DNA of 33,314 nucleotides from Basidiobolus ranarum (Eukaryota): NCBI GenBank assembly GCA_040143965.1, contig JASJQH010000076.1, positions 1 to 33,314 of the forward strand, read 5' to 3'. Shown piece by piece: positions 9,651 to 20,000 of this stretch (position 1 is its first letter; each line of letters starts with the position of its first letter). The notes under the pieces were generated by a model. It saw only the letters and a program-made list of their open reading frames with translations, ran no database searches and was not told where the DNA came from. The position numbers and the translations under genes were made by a program.

Positions 9651-9944
9651 ATTAAGAGTCTATAGAAGTTTGTTAAAAGGAAACGAAGAGGTTTATTAAA
9701 ACACGCGTTGAAATTCATCCTACTTTCAAAACACCTATTTTTGGTTATTTCTTTTCTTACTTTACGATTAAACTACGATATTTGGGGGTTGATGAAGGAT
9801 TACTTAGAAGATCCCATTAAACCAATCATAATTTATGAACGATGATTATCCGATTACCCTAACAAAAAATAAAAAATTCATTCTAGTGAGCGCGTACTGA
9901 AAATGTGAAGTTCGTATAGCTGCTAGTAAGCAATCGTTTTATTA
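9651..9944. promoter_or_regulatory. Compact divergent (likely bidirectional) promoter between SWI3/SMARCC and RPR2
   Basis: Head-to-head ATGs 294 bp apart; MCB-like ACGCGT at 9703-9708 and GCGCGT at 9890-9895. Confidence 0.5.
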
Positions 9945-10496
9945 ATGTCCAATATGAATAAGAAAAAGGAGAAGAAAGAGAAAAAGAACTCCAACTCGCA
10001 GATACAACACCGTGAGGTTTACCAGCGGATGAATTTTCTATATCAAGCTTCAATGATGATGACTGCCGCTACGGCTGGATCTTCCGACAACTCTGATCTT
10101 GGAAACCTAGGTCGTTTCTATGCATCTCATATGAAGGAAATTGGAAAGCGTGTAGTGTTACGAATGTGAGTCACATCAATATTATCTGCACAAACGTGAT
10201 TCGGTCACTAAGTATTCAATGTTAGGGATCCAAAGGTCAAAAGGTCCATATGCCGTCACTGTGATATCCCGTTGATACCTAGCATCACCTCCAACACAAC
10301 TATTCAGAGTAACCTCACTCTCAGTTACTACCTTACAACTTTACCTCAACTAACAGGCACCTTTCCCCTAGATAAACCCGAAACCTCAGTAATGGTTCGC
10401 TGTCGAAAATGCCAATATCGTCGTAGATATCTCGCCAAATCTGAACATAAATTATTCGGTGATAGAGCTGAAAATATCTTAGACGATGCTTGCTAA
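9945..10496 (+). CDS. RPR2: RNase P protein subunit Rpr2/Rpp21, 3 exons
   Basis: Exons 9945-10165, 10226-10308, 10372-10496. Motifs QRMNFLYQAS, LGRFYASHMKEIGKRVVLRMDPKVKRSICRHC..LIP, and VRCRKCQYRRRY (two CxxC zinc pairs). Confidence 0.9.
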
Positions 10497-10947
10497 GCTC
10501 AAAGCTTAATATATAGAAATATCATAACTCATGGTTGCCACATATTATTGTATAATTCCCGGCTTAGTTAATTGAATGTAGACTATGAAATAAACCCATA
10601 TTGACTTTCAGCCATCCCCCTTTTTGATCCAATGAAAACTACGCGACACTTGCTAACATCTGGGACTGAGACTGGGTCATTAAGCGAAACAGGACTGTAT
10701 GCATTTAGCAAGGACCTCCGTTCCACAACTATTCCAATTCATTGACATTTTAGAAATCTTGGGTAAATAAGACCAAGCTTTGCTTGAAACCATATATTCC
10801 TCATTAATGATCATGCTTTTGCGCAGTCATACAGCAAACATATTACCTCCTTGGAGTCAAATTTCATTGGCCAACATACAAAAGGAAATGCGATATTTTA
10901 TATTGAGCAGTCGCTGTGCTCATCCTTTAAGGTAGCGTCACTTGAAC

Positions 10948-12024
10948 ATGTCGTGTACTAGTCAATCACTCTTTAATTGCCCTTCCAACACAACTGAGGC
11001 CCATATCACTGCTGCTGGCGGCAGTGTTCCTTCTCTGTATGAATTTCTTAGCAGTTGTAAACTGTCACAATATCATGAAGGGTTTTTGGCCTCTGGTGCA
11101 GAGGAAGAGGATGTTATTATGCTTCTGGATTTCACTGACGAAGAGATTACCGAATTATGCACAGCCATTTCATTAAAGCCATTTCATACAATAAGTTTCA
11201 AAAGAGGTATCCGAATGCTTAGAGAGAAGATAGGTCTTTGCGTACCCCAGGTACGCGTTTATTTCTCAATAAAACTTTACATGTCTAACCAAGAATATTA
11301 ACTGTAAGAGGATATTTCATAGACAATGAACATTAAACCTCCTTCAGCTGTTCATTCTACTACAGCGAACCCACCTTCTTCTTCTGTTCCATCTATGAGT
11401 ACAAATACCACAAAGTCAACTACTCCTTTACTCTCAATATCCAATTCATACTCCCCTGAAAGAATTTTTAGAAACCATTCAGATATACCTAAAAGTCCCC
11501 CTAATGTGGCAAGTTTGGAACATGGTACGCCTATTCATACAATAGGTTCTGAAGCCTTGACCCCTTCAAACCGAGAGCTAATCATTGAAAGAGCAACCAT
11601 ATACAGAGGTAAAGGTCAACGAAAACTAACCAAATACGAAACAAGTATGAATGAAGCAGCGGTTGACATTGCTCTAGCTGAACCAACCTTAATCTTAAAT
11701 CGAGGTCAACTGATAGAGAAATCCAAAGCCAAACTGTTACAAGATGGATATATCTATAGTCGCGGAAGATCGCGTTCCAAACTAGTCCAAGAGATCAGTA
11801 AACCAGAATTTCAACCAATCAATAGTTCTACCTCACCCACGTTAAGTGACTTGAGATATCGTGATATTGAATCCAGTTCAACTTTGGATAAAAAGTACCA
11901 TTCCATCATATCTGGCAATATGTACAAACGTGAAAGTTGTGAGAGTGAGGATAGTGACAATCCTAAAAATAAGCAGTCTAAACTGGATACTGAAAATGAG
12001 GAGGAAAAGCATGAGAACAGCTAA
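10948..12024 (+). CDS. NAB (NGFI-A/EGR-binding corepressor)-like protein with NCD1 (SAM-like) and NCD2 domains, about 334 aa, 2 exons
   Basis: Exons 10948-11250 and 11323-12024 (CAG|gtacgc...catag|ACA, phase 0). NCD1-like: LYEFLSSCKLSQYHEGFLASGAEEEDVIMLLDFTDEEITELCTAISLKPFH; NCD2-like: LIIERATIYRGKGQRKLTKYETSMNEAAVDIALAEPTLILNRGQLIEKSKAKLLQDGYIYSRGRSRSK; separated by a Ser/Thr/Pro-rich linker. Confidence 0.75.
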
Positions 12025-13515
12025 GCTTGAAATCCCTTACACAATCATGAATTGTTTCATCATTATGTCGAAAATATTTTGCTTCTCGTTATTCATCGTA
12101 AATATCTTTCTTGTCTATTCCGTCATGAACTTGCGATGATTTCGGATACAACAGTACGCAAATAATATGAATTCCAAAATATAAAGTTGAGCGAATGGAA
12201 CCCCTTTTACATCTTGATTAGCTACTCGAATAATGGTAAAATTTTCATTTACAATGTCATACTTTAATAGCACACACCTACAAAAACACAACAATGACTG
12301 CTATAGCAAGAATAGTGCTATGTTGATAACTTGTTGACCTTTGTCTATTATTGTTGTTGCTCAGGATCCAATAGACTTGCATTGTTCAATGTTTATGTTA
12401 TGATTGAAGTATAACTTGTATCAGAAGTACTCCGAACAGATTGCGACTAATTTAGCCAAATTTAAACTACGTATTCGTATACCCTGTCTAAATTTCAGCC
12501 ACCAAGCAAGGGGAGCAGTACATCATATGATACACTCTATCCAATTATAGATATTGTGGTGCTCCAATTGGTAATCATCTCGTCATCATTAAGATCATTT
12601 GTTAATATCCATCAATGATCGATGACCAAAAGTGCCTCACCCCAAAGGAAATTTTCATGTTACCATTCATTGGCTCATGGATGGAAATACACGCCATGTA
12701 TATTTCGCGGAAGTATCAAATGAGTTTCCAATAATTGTACACAAAAGAGGTAATTACAATGGCTCAATCTTGATTAAAAACCTGACTGTTTAAGAATAGT
12801 AGAATTGAATGGTTTAAAATTACCATCATTGTTGCAAGAATTAGCACCAATCTCTAGAAATATCGACTTCATAAATTGTCGTATACTTGTGGGTGTTTCG
12901 CGTTGTTAATGAGTTCATTTCGGAGAGAATGGTGATGGTGATGTTGATGATGATTATGTTCCAAACTTGAAATCAATTTCATACATCACTTCACTTTGTG
13001 TAATGCAGTATGCGATGCAGTGCCAAGTGAGGAATGATGATGGTTACTCATATTATCGAAGATATTATTGTTCCGTAATTAATGAAAAAAATTCGATGAT
13101 TCTTATTTGGAAGATTATTTACCAATCATTTTTCGGGAATTTTTTTATCACTTTTTTTCATCATCGAAGCAAAGTCAAAGGTAGCGACAGTAGCTGTTGG
13201 TTTGTCTTTATTTTATTAATCCTGCTATCCATCAAATCCATTTATTGTCCAACAAATTGTCATTGAATTTGTGCTCCCAAACATTCCGTCGAAGTTTTCA
13301 TGCACGTGTCCGAAAGTTGGAGTTGTGCTTGCATCCGTGATTGACTACTCCTCAGGGTATTATTGCAATTACACCAAAGTAGAGCGAGAGAATTTCCATT
13401 GGGTTGTGTAATATTAGGATTTTATATTTATTCCAGATTTATACATTCATTTGTATTTACACTCATTGGAGAAATGTTACAGGTTCAAGTGTCTAAAGCA
13501 GCAATAGCAAATTAT

Positions 13516-14223
13516 CTAGAGTAGTGCCACTTTCTTGTGTTTGAAATATTCAGATGGGGAATGTGAATCGAATAGTCCATTGTCTTTCATGAACTTTCGT
13601 TCCGCTCCACGAAGAAGTTGATGACCTACAGGTGTACATTTAGCGTCCTGTTCGACAGTTCCAGACCGTGATTTAGATTCGACATCAAATAGGGATGATG
13701 GGTGATTATCAGTTGAGAGTTTGATGCGCTTAGGAGGATGCTCTTCATACTGGTCTACTAATCTATTGTACAACGACTCAGAGTAATCATAGTCACAATG
13801 ACTGGAATCAATTGACCAGCCGTCGTATATATCACTTTGGGCGTCAAAAATGTTCAAACATTCTTTGACATAAATTGGTTCAATCTCATGATAATAACTG
13901 TAAGGCCCTAATGGTGATTTGGGTACCGCTCCTGCCCATTCATGTGACAAAGGGGTTGCTGGATGCAATGATAGCTCGTATTGAGCTGGATATATCGGAT
14001 CCGGAACATAGGGCGGCGAGTATTCGGCTGAGATATCATCATAGTAGCATGGAGAAGGGAGTGAGAAGAGCGGTGGCAAAGGCCCTGGCGAAGGAGGCAC
14101 GTATGGCGGTGATTGGGCTAATAAGTCAGGTTCCGGATAGTTGTCTACAGAGTCCAATCCAAGATCTGGCTCACTATCTGGAACTGCATTGTAAGGTGAT
14201 GATTCGTCACTTCGGGAGTACAT
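13516..14223 (-). CDS. Hypothetical 235-aa Pro/Ser/Tyr/Asp-rich protein, probably disordered and nuclear
   Basis: ATG-initiated 708-nt single ORF; repeated SPPYVP; NLS-like PPKRIKL; TATA, AP-1 and E-box motifs upstream. No family recognised. Confidence 0.6.
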   Translation of the reverse strand: MYSRSDESSPYNAVPDSEPDLGLDSVDNYPEPDLLAQSPPYVPPSPGPLPPLFSLPSPCYYDDISAEYSPPYVPDPIYPAQYELSLHPATPLSHEWAGAVPKSPLGPYSYYHEIEPIYVKECLNIFDAQSDIYDGWSIDSSHCDYDYSESLYNRLVDQYEEHPPKRIKLSTDNHPSSLFDVESKSRSGTVEQDAKCTPVGHQLLRGAERKFMKDNGLFDSHSPSEYFKHKKVALL

Positions 14224-14540
14224 AAGCCGCGTGTTGACTAATTAAGCAGTAGTTGGGAATGTTTGATAAACAACTGCCTTATTCAGGATAAAAATGTCCA
14301 ATAAGCAAAGGTTTTGGGAAAAAAAATTTCATATGTTCTTTAATGGCAAGGTTTGGACAGATTGGTGTTCAATTCCCTCTGGCTTCAATTATAATATTTA
14401 TAATCTTTAGTCCTAATTGATTGACACACCCTAATTTTGACACCTAAGAAAGTAGTGACTGATGGAAAGAGAGAATAAACTAGATTCGGCACAATGGTAG
14501 CGTGAGTTGCTGATGGAGATGTAGCTGAGATCTGCTTCCC

Positions 14541-14573
14541 TTTTATACCTATTCTGATGAGTCACTGCACGTG
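14541..14573 (-). promoter_or_regulatory. TATA box with adjacent AP-1/Gcn4 site and E-box, oriented toward the orphan gene
   Basis: TATAAAA (minus) 14541-14547; TGAGTCA 14558-14564; CACGTG 14568-14573. Confidence 0.45.
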
Positions 14574-15148
14574 ATATTGACGAATCAAAGTAGATATAGA
14601 GTGTTTGAATTTCTGGCGAATCAGCAGCTGCGGGATCCAGGGAATCCTTGCGAAAATGGACAAATTTAGATTTTTTTCATTCGCGGTTTACTTTTTTCAC
14701 CGCCAAAAGCACTTTTGTCGGTAATATTCATTTAGACAATTGCAGAATTAAAGAAAAGGAGAGATTAGAGCCAATAGGAAGATAATATCTGCAGATTGGT
14801 AACAGTCATGAACAAATCAATACATACAATGGTAAAAATAAGCGAGGTTAAGTTCAGAAATATGCAAGATTGTTAAGACCCCCTAATTGTGATGCTGACT
14901 GGGATTAGATTAATGTTAGGCGCTACAATTGTTCTTAGCGGGAGAGCTTCGTTCTATTGGCACTTCATATTGGCTGATTTAATCATCAGGAAGTTGAGTT
15001 AAATTTAATGATTGGGAAGTTCGATGGAAATACGGAAGAAGGCGGAAGAATCCAAATTAAGCGATAATAATTATCAATTCACGGTCAAAACTCATTTGCA
15101 TGTATTATACAGACATGCATAGATCTACGACGTCGGACTATGATTCTT

Positions 15149-15187
15149 ACATCCGCATCCACATCCACACCCACATCCACACTCATC
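15149..15187. repeat. Degenerate hexanucleotide microsatellite (CATCCA)n
   Basis: acatccgcatccacatccacacccacatccacactcatc, about 6 imperfect units. Confidence 0.7.
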
Positions 15188-15353
15188 GTACAAATCTTTT
15201 TTAATTAATCCTGCATATTATTGGAGTCGGATCACAATACTTTGGGTGGAACAATGCTATATTTATCTTGATTGTTAGAAAGTATAAAAGTGGAGTTGGA
15301 CGATGTTCTGAGCTTACTTAGCTTTGTCCTATCTGACGCCTTCATTTGATAAC

Positions 15354-15437
15354 AATGAAGCGTGACCAAGAGTAGTTGAATAATGAAGCGTGACCAAGAG
15401 TAGTTAAATAATGAAGCGTGACCAAGAGTAGTTGAAC
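15354..15437. repeat. Tandem repeat, 3 x 28 bp
   Basis: AATGAAGCGTGACCAAGAGTAGTT(G/A)AA(T/C) at 15354-15381, 15382-15409 and 15410-15437; no spacers. Confidence 0.95.
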
Positions 15438-15904
15438 AACAGCTTTATGCTATGAATAGTGATATGGCGATTGTTAAACTATATTGTCATGTTGAATACC
15501 GATATTGGTATCAGTATATGTAAATTAAGTGTTTTCAAAGTGATATATAGAAGAAGGATTATGTGCTCTCCTGTGTTTATGTACTTCCACATGGACTATG
15601 CTCCCTTTTGACTACTAGCGAATGTTGTTATTTAGTCTTTAGCTTACATGTGATAACAACATACTCAATTTGTAATCGTAAATTGATCTGATTCTCAATG
15701 CTATATATATATTTATTTATTGCCAACAGTCACTGAATCTGAGCCACTTGTTTTTTTACTGATGAAACTAAGAGCGGATGCTTAAGATATATAGGATTTG
15801 TAGTGACTAATATGAAATTATGTGGGAACTTCTGAGAAACTATAACTAGTTACGTCTTCGTTGAGAACCCTACTTCTCTTAATATTTCCGAGTTACTTTT
15901 CCAA

Positions 15905-16910
15905 ATGCCTGCTACTGAAGGATACAACTACGAGACACTTCACTGTGATTTTACCTCTGATTTTGTACTTCACGTCCAATTAAACCGCCCCAAAAGTTTG
16001 AATGCTTTAAACGGAGCTCTCTGGAGAGAAACTAGAGAATGTTTTCAACAGATTAAAACTGACCCCAACGTTAGAGTGGTGATTTTATCAGGTTCCGGTC
16101 GTTTGTTCTGCGCCGGTTTGGATATTAAAGATTCCACCGACGGTCTTCTTAGTAGCTCCGAAACTGACATTGGTAGAACAGCTTATCACTTGCGCCAAAA
16201 AGTCCTGGTATGTCACTTTTGTTCAATTCAAATATTACCGATATTGCTTGTATGAATGAATTTTCTGGTCAGCTAATGATTTATTTTTCCAACATATATA
16301 AATACAGGATTATCAAGAGAGCTTTAATGTTATTCAAACTTGTGACAAGCCCGTTATTGTCGCAATTCATGGTGGCTGTATTGGTGGAGGTATCGATATG
16401 ATCACTGCCTGCGATATAAGATATTGTTCGGAGGATACCTTTTTCTCTGTGAAGGTAATTTACTTGATTCATACTGACTTTTTTCATTTTATTTCTAACA
16501 TATGGTCTTCATTTATTAAGGAGGCCGATATTGGTATGGCGGCTGATGTAGGTACTCTCCAAAGACTTCAAAAAGTAGTTGGGAACGATAGCTGGGCTCG
16601 AGAGATCTGTTTCACGGCCCGTTCTTTCGATTCTCAGGAGGCTTTGAGGTTCGGACTGGTGAGCGATGTTCTCCCCAAGATTGAAGATGTTCTACAAAAA
16701 GCTAAAGAGGTAGCAAAGGTGATTGCTTCAAAGTCACCAATCGCAGTTGCTGGTACAAAGCACTTGCTTAATTATTCCAGAGATCATTCGATCCAAGAGG
16801 GATTGACTTACAATGCATTGTGGAGTGCTTCCATGCTACAATCCGAGGATTTTGGAAATGCTATATCTGCCAGTATAAGCAAACAACCGGTTTCTTTTTC
16901 TAAGCTTTAA
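15905..16910 (+). CDS. ECH1: Delta(3,5)-Delta(2,4)-dienoyl-CoA isomerase, peroxisomal (crotonase family), about 279 aa, 3 exons
   Basis: Exons 15905-16207, 16308-16454, 16521-16910. Motifs LNRPKSLNAL, FCAGLD, KPVIVAIHGGCIGGGIDMITACDIRYCS, KEADIGMAADVGTLQRL (ECH1 catalytic Glu/Asp segment); C-terminal PTS1 SKL. Confidence 0.93.
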
Positions 16911-17091
16911 GTTCCCTTACATCCTGCGCATGTACAGTCTGTCTCAGTAAGACATACAATATATATTTATGAATAAAGTGATCACTTCTGCGAATACTAT
17001 CCTTTGCATGATTTCGTTAAAATATTGAAACAATTTATTACTACATTTTCGAGCATAATTTTATAAATCAAATAACGCTGATTTCTTCTCT

Positions 17092-20000
17092 TCATTCAAG
17101 TTCAGCAGCAACCAGCTTGAGGATTTCCTCGGTATTCTTTCCAAAGTTTATTTGATTTTTAGCAGTTGCTTGCCACCGTTCACCGTGATGAGGTTCTGAA
17201 GAAACGCACCGGTTTATTAACTCCTGTTGCTGTTCCTATAATGCCAAATAAAAAATATCAGTTTATAATCGATAGCACAATAACTATGTATGTCATATGA
17301 TGTACCTCTGTGCCGTGTTGAATTTCAAACTTATACCACCAAGCCCAACAGTCTCCAATATCTGGATCAACCTTGATAGCTCTTCCAAACCAGGTTCTTG
17401 CCTTGTCGACCTTACGTTCAGACCAAAACAGGCGAGCGACGGTTGTAATGACCAACGGATCATTATCACAGCGTTTCAATGCGTCTACGGATTTACTCTT
17501 GCGTTGAGGACGAGGTTCCATGAAAATTGACTCTGACCACAGACTTCCTGAACTTGGACATTCTTGAAGTGCTTTCGCCATCAAAGCTTTGGCCATGTTT
17601 GTATTGTTGCCACGAAGTTCAACTCTAACAGCTTCTGTCCATAGCTCAGCATTTTTGGGGTTTAAAAGTCTACCACGCTCAAGTATAGCTCTAGCTTTGA
17701 TTAATAATCCCGACTTCTCTTCTAGTCTAGATGAGAGTAACCATAAAGGTATCGACTTTGGACAATTCTTCAATCCCTTATTGTAGGTCTCTCTAGCGGT
17801 TTGGAGTTGTCCTTGACTATCTTCGATTTGTCCACGGATCATCCACAACTTATCAAAGTTGGGGAATTTCTCCAAAGCCTCTCCCAAAAGTTGAAGTGTC
17901 TCGGGGATCCGCTTACGTTGACGTTCGAGAATAATCGACTTCATCCATACTCTCTCAGTATCGGCTTGTTCTCTTGCTTTCTGAAGAAGGATAGCTGCTC
18001 TTTCATACTCACCGTTTTCACTCTCAAGCTTCACAGCGGCCAACCAGATCTGCTCGCTGTTCGGGTTGGCTTTGAAAGCCTCGTTCAAAATAGTACGAGC
18101 ACCATTGACATCTCCAGCAAGCCATTTCTCTTTTGCTCCCATAAGCCAAAGAACTTCTGCCTGAGGACAGTACTTGACCGCTTTTTGAAGAAGTTCCTCC
18201 AATGATTCTCTGGTACCATGGTTTTTCTCCAAGAAGGCTGCTCTTCTCCAGACCGATTTTTTCCCAGGGAAAATTTTAAGCGAATGTGCGTAAATGGCTC
18301 TTGCTGTCTCGATAGAGTTACGAGAAATACATCCTTCAGCATCTTCCATCCAAGTAGATTTTCTATCTTCTTCATCGATTCCAAGCCCAATAGTAGCCCT
18401 AACAATGGCTTGACAAGTGCCTATACTACTTTGCTTTTCACAACTTTCAGCTTCTTGAAGCCATTGTTCACGAGTCAATATTGTTCCCTTTTGAGATAAA
18501 GTGGTTACTGCACGAGAGATAAGCATCTCTACCCTATTGTCGTTTCCTTGTTGTTCTTCAAGGCGAGCACCAGCAATCCAAATTTCGTGGCTAGTTGGGA
18601 CTGCTGCTCTGGCAGCGTTGAGGACCTTACGAGCATTTTCATAAGTTTCCAATCTAGCTAAAGCGAGCCATAACTCTACAGATAAAGGAACGAGTTCTAC
18701 AGCTCTAGATAATAAAATTCGTGCATCATCGGGGTTTTCTTCTAATGAAATAGCTGCTTTCCAGAGTTTTACTGAATTAGGAATAAACTCCAACGCTCTT
18801 CGAAGAACACGCTTCTGTCCTTTGACTTCCGTCTCCAATTTAACAGCTTGAAGCCAAATCTTCACAGATTGAGGTAAATGTCTAACTGCACTAGCTAAAA
18901 TCACCTTAGCATTTTCTACAGTATTTAACCTAGCTGCCTCCAACCATATATCGTCATTCTTGGCACATTCTTCACAACCTTTGGCAATGATGCTACGTGC
19001 TTGGAGCAATTTACCAGCAACTTCTTCCAATCTAGCGGCAGCAATCCATCCGGGTGCGTGCTTAGGATTTGTAGTGATGACAGATTTGAGAAGTAGCCTA
19101 GCTTTTTTGATATCTCTGGTGACATAGAAAAAATACATAAAATAAGCTGCTTGCTTGGAAGAAATCTAATTTTCATAAAGTACAAACCCTATTTCGGCGT
19201 CACTCTGAACAACAATACTATTGAGATCTGTGAGGTATCCTTTGGGGTCGATATTTGTAGAGCCGCTAACAGAATCTGAAATCTAATAATAGTTAGAAAC
19301 TAGGAACTGATATGTGATACAACTAAAGTATTTACCTGGTCAAGCTTTATGCTTAGAACTTTGTCTCTGGCTTGACCAATTTCAATGAAGTTCGTCATCA
19401 TTCCAGAATCGGTTGCAGCAGGTGTGGTGAGTCCCCCAAGTTGCTATATTGATGGATTAGTTGAAAAATAGTATTAAAAGTAGTGGATCTTGTTTTCTAT
19501 TTACCTGTTGATTGGAATCTAAGCGAGTTACATACTGGTGCTCTTCACGAGCTTTCTCAAGCAGGGAATCTGGGACGGGGGTATATCTAGTAATATGAAT
19601 GATATTCAAAGTCAATAAGTATGAATTCATATCAAGAACGTAGATGTAATGAAGCAAAATGTGTTGTTGGTTTTTACCTTTCTTGTAGATTTTGTTTCTT
19701 TCTATTTTTACCAACCAAATCACCTACTTCAGGAATGTTGGACCATTCATCAGAAGTCAGAGTTGCAAGTGAACGCTTAATATCAGCAAACTGTTGTTGA
19801 ATCTTTGGCCGTTCCGCGCGGTATTTCATAAGTTCTTCCTTTTCTCGTGCTTCTCTAAAAGAGTTATTGAAGGAAATTGAGTAAATCGTATTTCAATGAT
19901 AAACGTGAGAAGTAAATCACCGATAACAACTAACCTTCTAACTCTTCTACGTTCATCCATTTTCGAGTCAATGGCCTCGTAGATTTTATCAGCCTCTTCA

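Noticed and set aside
12294-12793. Possible decayed secreted-protein gene (signal-like LSIIVVAQDP; fragment VPHPKGNFHVTIHWLMDG...LTV* at 12632-12793)
   Set aside because: Multiple stops, no consistent splice model and no family I can recognise; a tBLASTx hit to an intact paralogue would be needed.
12967-13266. 99-aa plus-strand ORF
   Set aside because: TTG start, AT-rich Phe/Ile/Tyr-biased composition typical of non-coding DNA, no motifs.
13875-14225. 116-aa plus-strand ORF overlapping the orphan gene
   Set aside because: TTG start and antisense to a longer ATG-initiated ORF that has promoter support.
15354-15437. 28-bp direct repeats as a CRISPR array
   Set aside because: Units are contiguous with no spacers, there are no cas genes, and the context is eukaryotic.
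15097-15512. Short inverted repeats (TGCATGT...ACATGCA near 15098-15120; ATACCGATATTGGTAT near 15496-15511) as MITE ends or ncRNA hairpins
   Set aside because: Too short, no target-site duplication or second copy, expected by chance in AT-rich DNA.
17297-19185. Several short ORFs overlapping PRP6 on both strands, and similar ones within SWI3, BAP31 and TOM1
   Set aside because: Alternate-frame or antisense shadows of well-supported conserved genes.
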